From positions 62,001 to 126,000 of the forward strand of contig JAAOMT010000193.1 in assembly GCA_016748015.1 (NCBI GenBank): a stretch of DNA of 64,000 nucleotides, in the 5' to 3' direction. Every line of letters begins with the position of its first letter. The first letter of the stretch is position 1. The translations under genes were made by a program, and so were the position numbers. Positions 40,399 through 52,589 of the stretch are shown here, piece after piece. The notes beneath the pieces are model-generated. The model worked only from the letters and a program-made list of their open reading frames with translations. It had not been told where the DNA came from and searched no databases. The DNA comes from Geosiphon pyriformis uo1. Taxonomy: Eukaryota > Fungi > Glomeromycota.

Positions 40399-43300
40399 AC
40401 TCAACCACGCTGTATCAACCAACAAAAAGACAATAGCAATTCCTAAAATGTTGCTATTGGGAATAATATCAACATGCAAGGCTGAATTTACCTCAAGTAC
40501 CAAAATCTAATGATTTAGTACTATACTATTATGCTTTTTTTACTTTCGTTTATTCATTTTCTTCACATTTTGTACAAATTTCCATAAAACCTTTTCTGGC
40601 TCTGCATTACTTCTTTTATATCCCTTTCTAAACTTTGTTCTCTCGTCTTTCACATCGACTGCTAGTAGAATGATTAAGCTTTCGCTTACTAGTTTCACAT
40701 TTTTCAAATTAAACCGTTGTATCATTTTAGAAGTTGTATCAATCTTGTTCCTGCACATTGAGCCCTTCTTTTATAAATTAACATCTCATCCAGCAAATTC
40801 TCAGGCTATAGCATAATTTCCTAGGACAAGAGGGCTCGAGAAGTTTGTAAAGTCTCCAATCTTGACCGAGATTCAGGGTTAAAAATTTCAGGTCTTCTGA
40901 TCACAAAGACCGGAAACGAATCCTAATTGTAATTGGGCTTTTTCGATGGCTATAATTAATACGAGAGAATAATAGTCGGTCATTAAATTGAAATGTTCTA
41001 TTGTTAGATATATTTGATTTGTTTGTTCTTTAAATTTTAGTTCAAATATAATCGATTTATATTATGATTTAATAAAAAGTTGCATTTTACAAAACCTTAG
41101 AACAAAAACTTTTAACATTATAATTTTAATATTTAATAAAAATAATTTAGAGATAAATATAAATATATAACTATGTCTTATATTAATTTTTGTAAGATTT
41201 TATTTGAAATTTAATTAATAAAAATTCTTAAATTCGGTTTTAACCACAATTAAAACAAAAAGTAAAATTTATTTTATTTATAGTTTTTTTAAATACAATT
41301 ATTTTAAAAGCTTTTTTTACAGTAAAAATAACAAGATAATATTTTTCTAAAATATTTTTTTAAAATAATAAAAACACAAAATAGTCTTAAATTATTAGTA
41401 AAATGGTTTTTTGGCTATAATAAAAATACTACTTTATTTAAAGTCTTTTTCAAGTAATTAATTAAGACCAGCTTTAGTGTATTATTAATATTATTATAAT
41501 AAATCCAAAAACTTTTAATAAAAAAACTATTTTTTTATTAGTTTTATTATAATAATACTAATTATAATATTTGAATTTATTTTGGTTGCAAACAGTAATT
41601 TTTATTTTATATTAAATAATAACAATAATAACATATTTATTAAAACTAATATAAATTTACAATTAATTGTATTGTTTAATTTAATAAATTTTACTTAATT
41701 ATTGTTAAACTTAACACAAAACAAATTATGTTTTTTTATATTAAATTATCTAATCATAAATAAAATAAAAATTAAAATATTTTTTAATTTTCTGTTTTTT
41801 AAAAAACTAAATTTAATAATTAAATTTAATAATTAATTACCAAATTTTTAATTTAATTATTAAAAACAATTTTAAGTTTTTAAAAACTATTATTAAAATC
41901 AAGTTTGCTTTTTTTTTAATTATCTTTAAAATTGTAAAATTTTTGGTAATTTTTAATATTAATTTTACTTTTGTTATTGTAATATTACATCAAAATTTTT
42001 TTATTAATATTAAAAATGTTTTTAATATTTTTAATAGAATTTTTAAATTAAATTAAAATCTGTTGGTTTTTAGTAATATATTATTATATATTTTAATTTT
42101 TTTATAACTTTTAATATTGTTTTTGTTTGTTAAATAATTTTAAAAAAAATATAAAATTCAAATTTTTTTTAGTCAATTAAAAAAATAGTATTGTTTTTTA
42201 TTATATATTTATAACCAAGTTAAATAAAAAAATTTAATTATATTGTTTTTAAAATTAATAACTTAATTTTTTAAATAAATAATCAAACTTGTTTTATTTT
42301 ATTTTTTTATTAATGTTTTACAAGTGCAGTCTAATTATTATCTAGTATACAGAGTCAAACTATAAACTTCAGCTAGATACAATTTATGTATTTACCATAT
42401 GTAACCAGTCACTTGGACTAATCAAAGCAACACTAAGCTTCTATATGAACAGTAGTTTTACTACCAAAACCAGAAAAAAACAAGCAAAATAAATGGAAAC
42501 CAAAACTAATCTTAAAGGAATCATCAATACCAATTAACTTAACCACATTATCTGATAAAACTAGCACCAAGCCAACAAATACTACAGGCACTATTCCTGA
42601 ATTACTAATTAAATTTTTTCTCTTTATATTTACTCTAAATCTAGATCTGAATCTTCACAACTCAGAACAGTATTGTATATCTAAACCACATACAAAATCA
42701 ACCAAGATTCAGAAAGTCTCTTTATGATCTTCAAAAATCTGTACCATTTCCTTAAACCACTCCATAAGCACAAAGCTCTTGCAGAAAAGTACATACAGAC
42801 TAATATCAGATAAACATGAGAGAAGAAATTCTACAACCACAGAAAAAATAAAAAGACAAGAACTAGTTAGAGACCTCTAAACTGAAATATGTTCAAACAA
42901 AATAGTCTTATAAGAGATAAACTTCTTACAACATGTAAATACATGATCAGAAAACTCAATCTTATCACAATGTAAACATAAAACACCAGGATAATATTTG
43001 TTATAAAGTCTTTTCCTAATAGCAACAGGCAGTCTTCTATAAACAGTTTTCATAAAATAAGTATACAAGCCAGCTGAAATTCTGCTTATAGATTCTGACA
43101 GCATATGTAAATCTGAATGTTAAACTGCTACAGTATAGATCTAATCAATATTACAAACCAAAAAACTATCTAAAACTCTGAAGCCAAGACCAATTTCCCA
43201 ATATACACAATTCATTGACCTAAAAATATTCCAAACAAAATGACAAATATTATCAAAAACCAGCAAATCATTAGTCACAATAAAGTATTTACACACATTA

Positions 43301-44100
43301 ATCAGCAGTAGCAAAGAAGAGTGAACAGTTATCTCCACTAAAGCATCTATACAAACATTATTCAAAACTCCTAAGTGGTTTTTGACCTTTAACCAAACTA
43401 CAAAAATGTTTTTATTAACAATTAAATTTGCAATATGCCTTCTTTCTATCCAACAACTACTACAAAAATTGGAACCAGATAACTCTAACTTTGAGACACA
43501 AGCATCTAATACAGCCTAATTATCCAAACACATTACTACTAAACAAAAAGAGAGCACATATTTCAAGACCAAAGCAACAGCCTGTTGTTATGGTTTAAGA
43601 ATTTAGCAAAAAGAATCATAAAAATAATACAAACTATTCAATCATAATATAGCACAGTAATAATCTTAGAAAGGTAATGATTAACATAGTAGCAAACACC
43701 ATCTCGCAATAGTAATAAGCACCAGTTCACAATAGCAGCCAACACCAACTGGTGATAGCAGCAAACACCAGATTGAAATATCAAAAAGAAAGTATTTTCT
43801 CGTAGAACTACAAACATGTATATATACAGTAGTTTTAATATTGAGAAATAATCAATCAAGTAATAAAAATCATAACTTATCAAGCAACAGATCCAATTTT
43901 ATCCAACAAACTCTACTTTAAATCATACTTTCAAATTAAANNNNNNNNNNNNNNNNNNNNNNNNNNNNNNNNNNNNNNNNNNNNNNNNNNNNNNNNNNNN
44001 NNNNNNNNNNNNNNNNNNNNNNNNNNNNNNNNNNNNNNNNNNNNNNNNNNNNNNNNNNNNNNNNNNNNNNNNNNNNNNNNNNNNNNNNNNNNNNNNNNNN

Positions 44101-47100
44101 CACTAGGGAACGCACCAACAAAACCAAAGAAAATTTAGAAACTAATCAGGAAAGTAACCAGCAAAAACTAGGAACACCAGCTCAAACACCAAAGAAAACT
44201 GTCACTCAATCAATAAAAAAACAATGTATTTATTCACCAGAAGATAAATCATACCATTTTTCACCAGAAAATAAGATACAAATTCCATTAGGAACTGCAT
44301 TATCATCAACATCAACTCCACAAACGCCAAGAACTCCTAGTTATATTGATAAAATTAAACAACATAACTGGGGAGACATACCAATTACAGGAGGATATTC
44401 ATCACTATTCCAAAACTCTCTTTTTCAGCCAAAATTTAGAACGGGGTTTGAAAACCATGAAGAGAAGTCTGAATCAGAATCCGAAAAAGAGACCAGCAAA
44501 AAAACAATCACAAGACCAGTCACTGGAACAAGCAGCCAGTCCAGAAACCAAGAAACTCATGATCAAGATAAAGAACCGGATATAAGGGAAGCCACCTTTA
44601 GGAATGCTCAAGGAAATATCATCCCACCTCCTCTTAGACCAATAAACCCACCAGCAGAAAACGGCAACAAAATGACCACACCATACATTGCAAGACTAAT
44701 AGATTTCTCAGGAGAGGAAGAAGAAACGGACGTGCACACATGGCTCAGAGAAGCACAAAAAGCCATCCAGGCAAATAACTGGAACGACCAAAGAGCAATT
44801 CAAACATTATTTTTCTTCCTAAAAGGCACAGCCGACTCGTGGTATCAAAGCCTGGAAACAAAACCCACGAGCTTCGCTGAATTTAAAAATGCACTCCTGG
44901 AGTATTTTAGTGACCCAAATGCTGTAATCCAACTACAGAACGAATTCAATACTATCAAGCAAAATACCGGTGAAACTGTCACCCAATACCTTGCTCGATT
45001 TAATCGAATTCGCCGTCAGATTGAAGCGATTGAACAAGAATACTACACTGATCCTCAGGTTTTAAATCAGTTTATTAGAGGATTAAAAAGCAGCATTTTA
45101 GGAAGAGTACACCCTGCCCACCCTAATTCCTTACCAGAAGCCATTACGCTCACCAGAGCCCTTGAATCGGCTGAGAAAGAAGCTANNNNNNNNNNNNNNN
45201 NNNNNNNNNNNNNNNNNNNNNNNNNNNNNNNNNNNNNNNNNNNNNNNNNNNNNNNNNNNNNNNNNNNNNNNNNNNNNNNNNNNNNNNNNNNNNNNNNNNN
45301 NNNNNNNNNNNNNNNNNNNNNNNNNNNNNNNNNNNNNNNNNNNNNNNNNNNNNNNNNNNNNNNNNNNNNNNNNNNNNNNNNNNNNNNNNNNNNNNNNNNN
45401 NNNNNNNNNNNNNNNNNNNNNNNNNNNNNNNNNNNNNNNNNATTGAAGCGATTGAACAAGAATACTACACTGATCCTCAGGTTTTAAATCAGTTTATTAG
45501 AGGATTAAAAAGCAGCATTTTAGGAAGAGTACACCCTGCCCACCCTAATTCCTTACCAGAAGCCATTACGCTCACCAGAGCCCTTGAATCGGCTGAGAAA
45601 GAAGCTAACCATAGTCAAATGGTTAACATGGTAATGGAGGAAAATAAGACAGAAACATTAGAGAAAAGAGTAACGTGATTAGGGGAGGAACTCTCTAAGA
45701 AAATAGAAAGTTACCTCATCCCGGATCTGAGAAAAAATACATACCAACCACCCCAAAGACACAGCCAGAAAGTCAGTGACAGTCAAAATAATTGCTCGTC
45801 GCGCCAGGAATTCAGAACAGAAACACGCGCCTGCCATTTTTGCAAATGCATAGGACATTTGATTAGTCAATGTTGAACGCGAATGATGCAGGAAGCACGC
45901 AAAAATAATTACTACGCGCCACCCCAAATGCCCAGAAACCAGTACACACCAATACCATGCCAATATCTCACCACGTATCAAAATCAAGGAGCTTACCAGC
46001 AACAGCCCATGATAGCCAACCCGAATTGGCATCCCGAGGCCTGAAATCAGCCCATGTAGAACCAGAACGCGTTGGTCCAGAGGAATCCAAACCACGCCGA
46101 AACCAATCAGCAAACCAATCCAAACTACCAAAATTATCAACAAGCTTACCTTAATATACCGGAAAACCTGATCATTGGAAACAATGACAGTAGAAACATA
46201 AACAGAACCAAGAATTCCTCCAAATTGAGCCAGACAATACTATCAGCAGTTGCCACCGAAGATAGCAGCCTCACAGCTATTTTTCCTTTTGAATTAGAAG
46301 AAAACAAGGCTATGTTCAGTGGAGCAGCATTGGATGAAAAACGCCCAATCACTGCTATGTATACGGAAGCCACTGTAAACAATACCCCAATCAAACTTAT
46401 CTTAGACAGCAGATCCACTGGAAGCATCGTAACGCTTCAACTAGTAAACCAACTGGGTTTCAAAGTTGATCATGCCGTGACGTCCCAAATCATAACAGCC
46501 GATGGAAATACAAAGCTGCCTCATGGCGAAATCGACTTATTCCCTTTCGAAATTAACGGCATAGTAATACCTACAAAAGTATTAGTAATAGACGCTACAC
46601 AATATCAAGCATTAGTAGAGAATGATTGGCTAACAAAAGCCAATGCCACCCTAGACTGGACCACCCAAGAGCTTCTGATCAATTATAATGGCCACCAGGC
46701 CAAAATTCCAGCCATCTGTAGCCACTTCCAAAAACCCAGCGCCAACCAAAGACCTACCTTCGAATTTGAGGAAAATCCAGCACTACCAGCCATTAAAACC
46801 TATTAGCTCTCTTGGGCTGATGACCAAAGAACAGGACTACCAGCCGTACCAACGTGGACCAGCGAAGAAAGATCCAAATGGAACCAGGTAAGTTCACGAA
46901 GAAACCACCAGCGATGCAGACCAAAGCTAGAATGCTCGGTTTGCAAGAAAAAACTCTTGTCTATGACTGCGTGCAGCACACCGGACGAAGACCCAAAAAA
47001 TCACACCCACTACTATTGTAACTGTTATAACAAAGAAAAATACGGTTACTCAGAAAGACACGGAAAATGGGATGAGGAACTGTGCCTCGCTTGTGGAGAA

Positions 47101-49923
47101 CCGTTACCAAGAGAGTGCGACTGGAACAACTTACCAGGCAGAGGAGGAACGTGTGACACAACTTGCCAATACACAATCCTCATCTGTGACTGGGTAAGAG
47201 GAGGAATGCCATTCGAAGCAGCATTCAACAGAGCGTTAAAAAGACTACAGCACTACCCACACGACGAGGACGAGTTGTACAACACCACACAAGCCAAAGT
47301 AAGAGGAGGAACCGCCGAAGAAATACGATGTTGGAAAGAGTCAGCTGAAGTAGCCGACGAAGTTGCCAGCTACAACATGTTCGACCCAGTGGACAAATTC
47401 CAGGACTACTACCAACAACTATGTCCCATTCGACAAGAGCAAGAACAATACCTCACCCAAATCAACACTTACCTCTGCGAAAACTGTCTTATTCCATGCC
47501 AAAACCAGTGCTGTAAAGAGTGTCAAGACAAAAGGGACTTAGAAAAAAAAATGGAAATTGAGAATCAGCAGTCTTAAAATCAATCAATAAATCAACAAGA
47601 CTCACCTGACAGTCCCGAGTCAGAAAAATTTGTAGCCTATACTGACCTAGAACAGGTGACCGACATCCAATACTTCGACAACGGGCACTTAGGAATAATA
47701 CCCGAAAAAGCCCATCCAACCGACGCCGGATTTGATCTACGTTATCCAGAAGACCAATCCACAACATTACCACCCAGGAGCATCACCAAAATCGACCTAA
47801 AAATAGCGGTTGAAATTCCGCCAGGAATAATGGTTTAATTGGCGTCGTGATCAAGTCTCGTGAAAAAAAGAATAAGCATTCAAGGAGAAGTAATTGACTC
47901 CGGATACACTGGAAATTTGATGGTTTTGCTACAGAACAATTCAAAAAAGCCTTATACCATTGAATTTAAAAAAAAGATTGCACAAGCAATTTTTCTACCA
48001 TTGGTAAAAATTGGGAAATTCATGCCAGTGGAAAATCGTGAGGAATTGTCACAAACAACGAGAGGAACTTTTGGTTTCGGATCGACAGGAAAAGGAATTG
48101 AAGCGAATTTTGCTGAAACAATAGAGGAAAAAGGCGAAGTAATTAAAAATGAGTGGTCCATCATGCTCTTACCATATGGAAAATCAGAAATAAGAATAAA
48201 AAGAACAATTAAAGAAAAAGACCTAATATTTGAGCCCTATCCAAAAACTTGCCAACAGTTTCTTATAGGACTTACTAACCTTTTTATTCCAGCTGATAAA
48301 GCTCAATGGATAAAAATTCCTATCGCAAACACCACAGAAGAACCCATCTACATTCCGGAAGATACCATCATTGGATACCTCAGAACAGAGCTAGAAAACG
48401 CGTCAACACCATAAGAAATTCTAAATTTCCCAGAAATCGCCCTCTATTGTGAACTCACTTCAATAAATTGGCAACAACCAGTAGAATGCTATCAATTTAC
48501 GCCAGAAGAATTGGCCAAATTAAACATTGGAACAATGGATCCTGACCAACAGCGACAATTAAAAGCATTAATTTTAAAATACTCTGATATATTTTCAAGA
48601 AATGGCGAATTTGGAAGAACCAACTTGGTTCAACACCAAATCCTCACTGGAGATGCCAGACCTGAAAAACAATGCACTTACCGTGTCCCACCAATAGAGC
48701 ATAATTTTATCAGAGAAGAAGTCCAAAGCATGTTGGAAAAAGGAATAATACAACCATCAATGAGCCCATGGTCCTCACCAGTTGTTTTAGTAAGGAAAAA
48801 GAACGGAAAAATTAGATTTTGCGTTGACTATTGCAAACTAAACAGCAAAACAACCAAAGACTCATACCCAATACCGTTAATTGATGAAATCTTCGACGTT
48901 TTTGGAGGAGCAAAATGGTTTTCTACACTGAACTTGACCAGTGGGTACTGGCAAGTGGAAATGGACCCAAAGGACAGGCATAAAACAGCATTCACAACAC
49001 AAAATGGCAATTATGAGTTCAATGTAATGCCATTTGGATTAACAAACGCTCCCGCAATATTCCAAAGACTAATGAACGTAATTTACTCCAGAATCCTGTG
49101 GCAATTTGTTGTTGTCTACTTGGATGATACAAATGTTTTCTCGTCAAAATTCACAGATCATCTCCAACATTTACAACAAGTTTTTGAGAGATTGAGACAT
49201 GCTGGACTTAAATTAAATCTAGAAAAATGTTTCTTTGGGAAAAATGAGCTAGCATTTTTAGGACACATAGTTGGAAAAGATGGAATAAAACCAGATCCAT
49301 CAAAAATAGACAAAGTAAAAAATTTTCTAGTACCTCGAAACGTTTTAGAAGTTAGAAGCTTTTTAGGACTCGCATCTTACTACCGCCGCTTTGTAGAAAA
49401 CTTTTCAAACATCACCAAACCCCTTAATTACCTACTATCTAAAAATGTGAAGTTTGAATGGACTGAAGCACAACAAAAAGCTTTTGAGTACCTTAGACAA
49501 AAGCTCATTGAATTACCAATAATGATCTATCCGAATTTCAACAAGAAATTTATTTTGGCCACAGATGCCTCTGGAACTGGACTTGGAGCCATTCTGTCAC
49601 AAAAAAATAATAATGGAAGAGAACGTGTAATTGCTTATGTCAGCAAAAGTCTCAGTACGGCAGAACAAAACTACGCAGCACATAAACTTGAATGCTTAGC
49701 AGTAGTCTGGAGTTGTGTTTACTTTGACACATATTTACGGTACCAACCCTTTGAGATTACAACAGATCATAGAGGTCTGGTCTGGTTAAATAACAAGAAA
49801 GCGCTAAAAGGAAAATACGCCAGATGGTCACAAATGTTAGCACCATATGATTATATTATCAAATACAAAGAAGGTACCAAAAATGCTAATGCCGACTGTT
49901 TGTCAAGAATGAGACACACATAA
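44101..49923 (+). pseudogene. gag-pol: capsid, CCHC knuckle, aspartic protease, Cys-rich insert, dUTPase, RT, RNase H; one frame with premature stops
   Basis: CHFCKCIGHLISQC (45832), LILDSRSTGS, AHPTDAGFDL / AS*SSL / VIDSGYTG / RGTFGFGSTG, WSSPVVLV, MPFGLTNAP, YLDD, TDAS, NADCLSR. All ORFs from 45442 to 49923 share one frame. Confidence 0.93.
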
Positions 49924-49954
49924 AAAAATCACCAACCCACTCGCCATAACAACA

Positions 49955-51167
49955 ATGAACAACCACCTTTACAAAAACCTCAGCCAATACTTAGAAACAC
50001 TACAAATAGACAAAAAAATGCCAGTAAAAGAGCTAATTAAGCTCCAAAAATTAGCAAAACACTATTTCATCCAAAATCACATACTTTATTACCGGAATCG
50101 ACAAAATCCAGATAATCCATTAAGAGTTATAACCACGGATGAAAAAGAAACTATCTTATTTAACATGCACTCAGATATTCATTTAGGCCACTTTGGAAAA
50201 ACAGCAACCATNNNNNNNNNNNNNNNNNNNNNNNNNNNNNNNNNNNNNNNNNNNNNNNNNAATAACAACAAGAAACAACCGTTATATTGCAGTAGCCATG
50301 GACTATCTCACCAAATGGCCAGAAGCTAGAGCTATTAAAACAGCTGATGCTATTTCCATAGCTCAATTCGTACATGAAGACTTAATTTGCTGACATGGAT
50401 GTCCACAAGAATTGCTATCAGATCAAGGCACACACTTCGTAAACAGCACCTTAAAAGAACTTAGCCAAAAATTTGGAATCAAGTGACCACTGTCATCACC
50501 ATACCACCCTCAAACAAATGAATTAGTTGAAAAATTTAATCACACATTATGCAAATCACTGATGAAAATTAGTAACGAACATGAAAAAGAATGGGATTTG
50601 TTCATACCAGCAGTACTACTAGCATATAGAACAGTAAAACAAGATACTACACAATTCACACCGTTTGAACTAGTTTATGGAAGAAAAGCCACATTACCTA
50701 TTGAACTTATTATCCCAACTTATCCAAGTGACACTATCACAGAAGCAACATTCCAGAAAACACTACTTAGAAGAACATACGAATTAATGGGAACTTTAGA
50801 AAACAAAAGAAGAAAAGCAGCACAAAATATTGAACAATCACAAGAACAACAAAAAGTGAGACATGATAACCAGTTACCAGATAATATAATTAGCTACAAA
50901 ATTGGAGATAAAGTATTGTTGTATCGTACAAAAATGGAAAAACAGTGGAGTGGAAAATTTGATCACAAGTGGGATGGACCATTTTATATTCACGAAATAC
51001 TTAGAAATGGAGCATACAAGCTAAGACTAGATGATAAAATATTAAGAAAAGCAGCACATGGTAACCGGCTGAAATTCTATTACAGTAAACCAGTAATAAC
51101 AACAAAAACACCCAGAATTGGAACACAATTACTTTTAATTCTACCAGAACAAATTCCACAAGATTTA
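49955..51167 (+). pseudogene. Gypsy integrase, in a separate reading frame from RT-RH
   Basis: HSDIHLGHFG, MDYLTKWPEA, SDQGTHF, SPYHPQTN, FELVYGR, WDGPFYI (GPY/F-like). TGA stops at 50391 and 50484; a gap lies within. Confidence 0.9.
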
Positions 51168-51881
51168 NNNNNNNNNNNNNNNNNNNNNNNNNNNNNNNNN
51201 NNNNNNNNNNNNNNNNNNNNNNNNNNNNNNNNNNNNNNNNNNNNNNNNNNNNNNNNNNNNNNNNNNNNNNNNNNNNNNNNNNNNNNNNNNNNNNNNNNNN
51301 NNNNNNNNNNNNNNNNNNNNNNNNNNNNNNNNNNNNNNNNNNNNNNNNNNNNNNNNNNNNNNNNNNNNNNNNNNNNNNNNNNNNNNAACAACAAATTTAT
51401 TAGCAAAGTTATTGAAAAATTAGAAATAGCATTGGGCAATACATTAATAATAGAAGAAATAGAAATAAGTGAATTAACACCAGACACATTTAGCAACTTG
51501 AAAACGAAATTTCCAATTAATTACTGTTATTATCAACTAGGAAAGCACTTGAACATACAAACATTATACTCAAAAGACTCAACTAGAGTGTTTGACAAAA
51601 CAACTATCCAACTATTAGAACCTTTCATTGGAAAAACCAACACTATATTCCATTCAAAAACAGTTTACAGAATTTTCAAAGCATTTGAAAACTGTTACAA
51701 ATTATTGTTGGACCCAACCATGAATATAATAACAACCAACAGTATTGGACGACTTACCAACTCGCAATTTCAAGAATTACAACAACAAATTAATAACACA
51801 GTATTGAACCACTATAGTAACTTAGAATTTAATAAAGAAATTAACTTCGATTTCGACGGAGNNNNNNNNNNNNNNNNNNNN

Positions 51882-52589
51882 CATGCAAAAGATTCCAAAA
51901 TAACAGTCAAAATTAAAACAATGATACTTATTCCAGAAAACATCAACAATATAACTCAACAATTAGTTGAAAGCTTACAACAATTAAAATCCGATCTAGA
52001 AATCACAGTTAATAGCTCCAAAATAACATACATAAAAAGAACAATAGAAAATCCAAAAACAAGAAAAAAACATAATTTTGAACCATATAATATTGCCAAA
52101 TATAACAACAAATTTATTAGCAAAGTTATTGAAAAATTAGAGATAGTATTGGGGAATACATTAATAATAGAAGAAATAGAAATAAGTGAATTAACACCAG
52201 ACACATTTAGCAACTTGAAAACGAAATTTCCAATTAATTACTGTTATTATCAACTAGGAAAGCACTTGAACATACAAACATTATACTCAAAAGACTCAAC
52301 TAGAGTGTTTGACAAAACAACTATCCAACTATTAGAACCTTTCATTGGAAAAACCAACACTATATTCCATTCAAAAACAGTTTACAGAATTTTCAAAGCA
52401 TTTGAAAACTGTTACAAATTATTGTTGAACCCAACCATGAATATAATAACAACCAACAGTATTGGACGACTTACCAACTCGCAATTTCAAGAATTACAAC
52501 AACAAATTAATAACACAGTATTGAACCACTATAGTAACTTAGAATTTAATAAAGAAATTAACTTCGATTTCGACGGAGCTCAATCTTGA
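51882..52589 (+). CDS. Additional 3' ORF of unknown function between integrase and PPT
   Basis: Open ~220 codons MILIPENINNI...INFDFDGAQS*, ending at the PPT. The partial copy at 51387-51861 is probably an assembly duplicate. Confidence 0.65.
   Translation, partial: HAKDSKITVKIKTMILIPENINNITQQLVESLQQLKSDLEITVNSSKITYIKRTIENPKTRKKHNFEPYNIAKYNNKFISKVIEKLEIVLGNTLIIEEIEISELTPDTFSNLKTKFPINYCYYQLGKHLNIQTLYSKDSTRVFDKTTIQLLEPFIGKTNTIFHSKTVYRIFKAFENCYKLLLNPTMNIITTNSIGRLTNSQFQELQQQINNTVLNHYSNLEFNKEINFDFDGAQS

Noticed and set aside
43638-43883. Twin 81-aa ORFs (also 52655-52900)
   Set aside because: Antisense ORFs within the two LTRs with no coding evidence.
45020-45607. Duplicated gag segment; likewise the duplicated 3' ORF at 51387-51861 and the 675-aa ORF 50562-52589
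   Set aside because: The duplicates flank N gaps and the ORF reads through Ns, so these are probable assembly artefacts.
45676-50486. Stop-codon reassignment or readthrough in the Gypsy ORFs
   Set aside because: All three stop types occur and map to C>T changes at Arg/Gln codons; host genes use the standard code.
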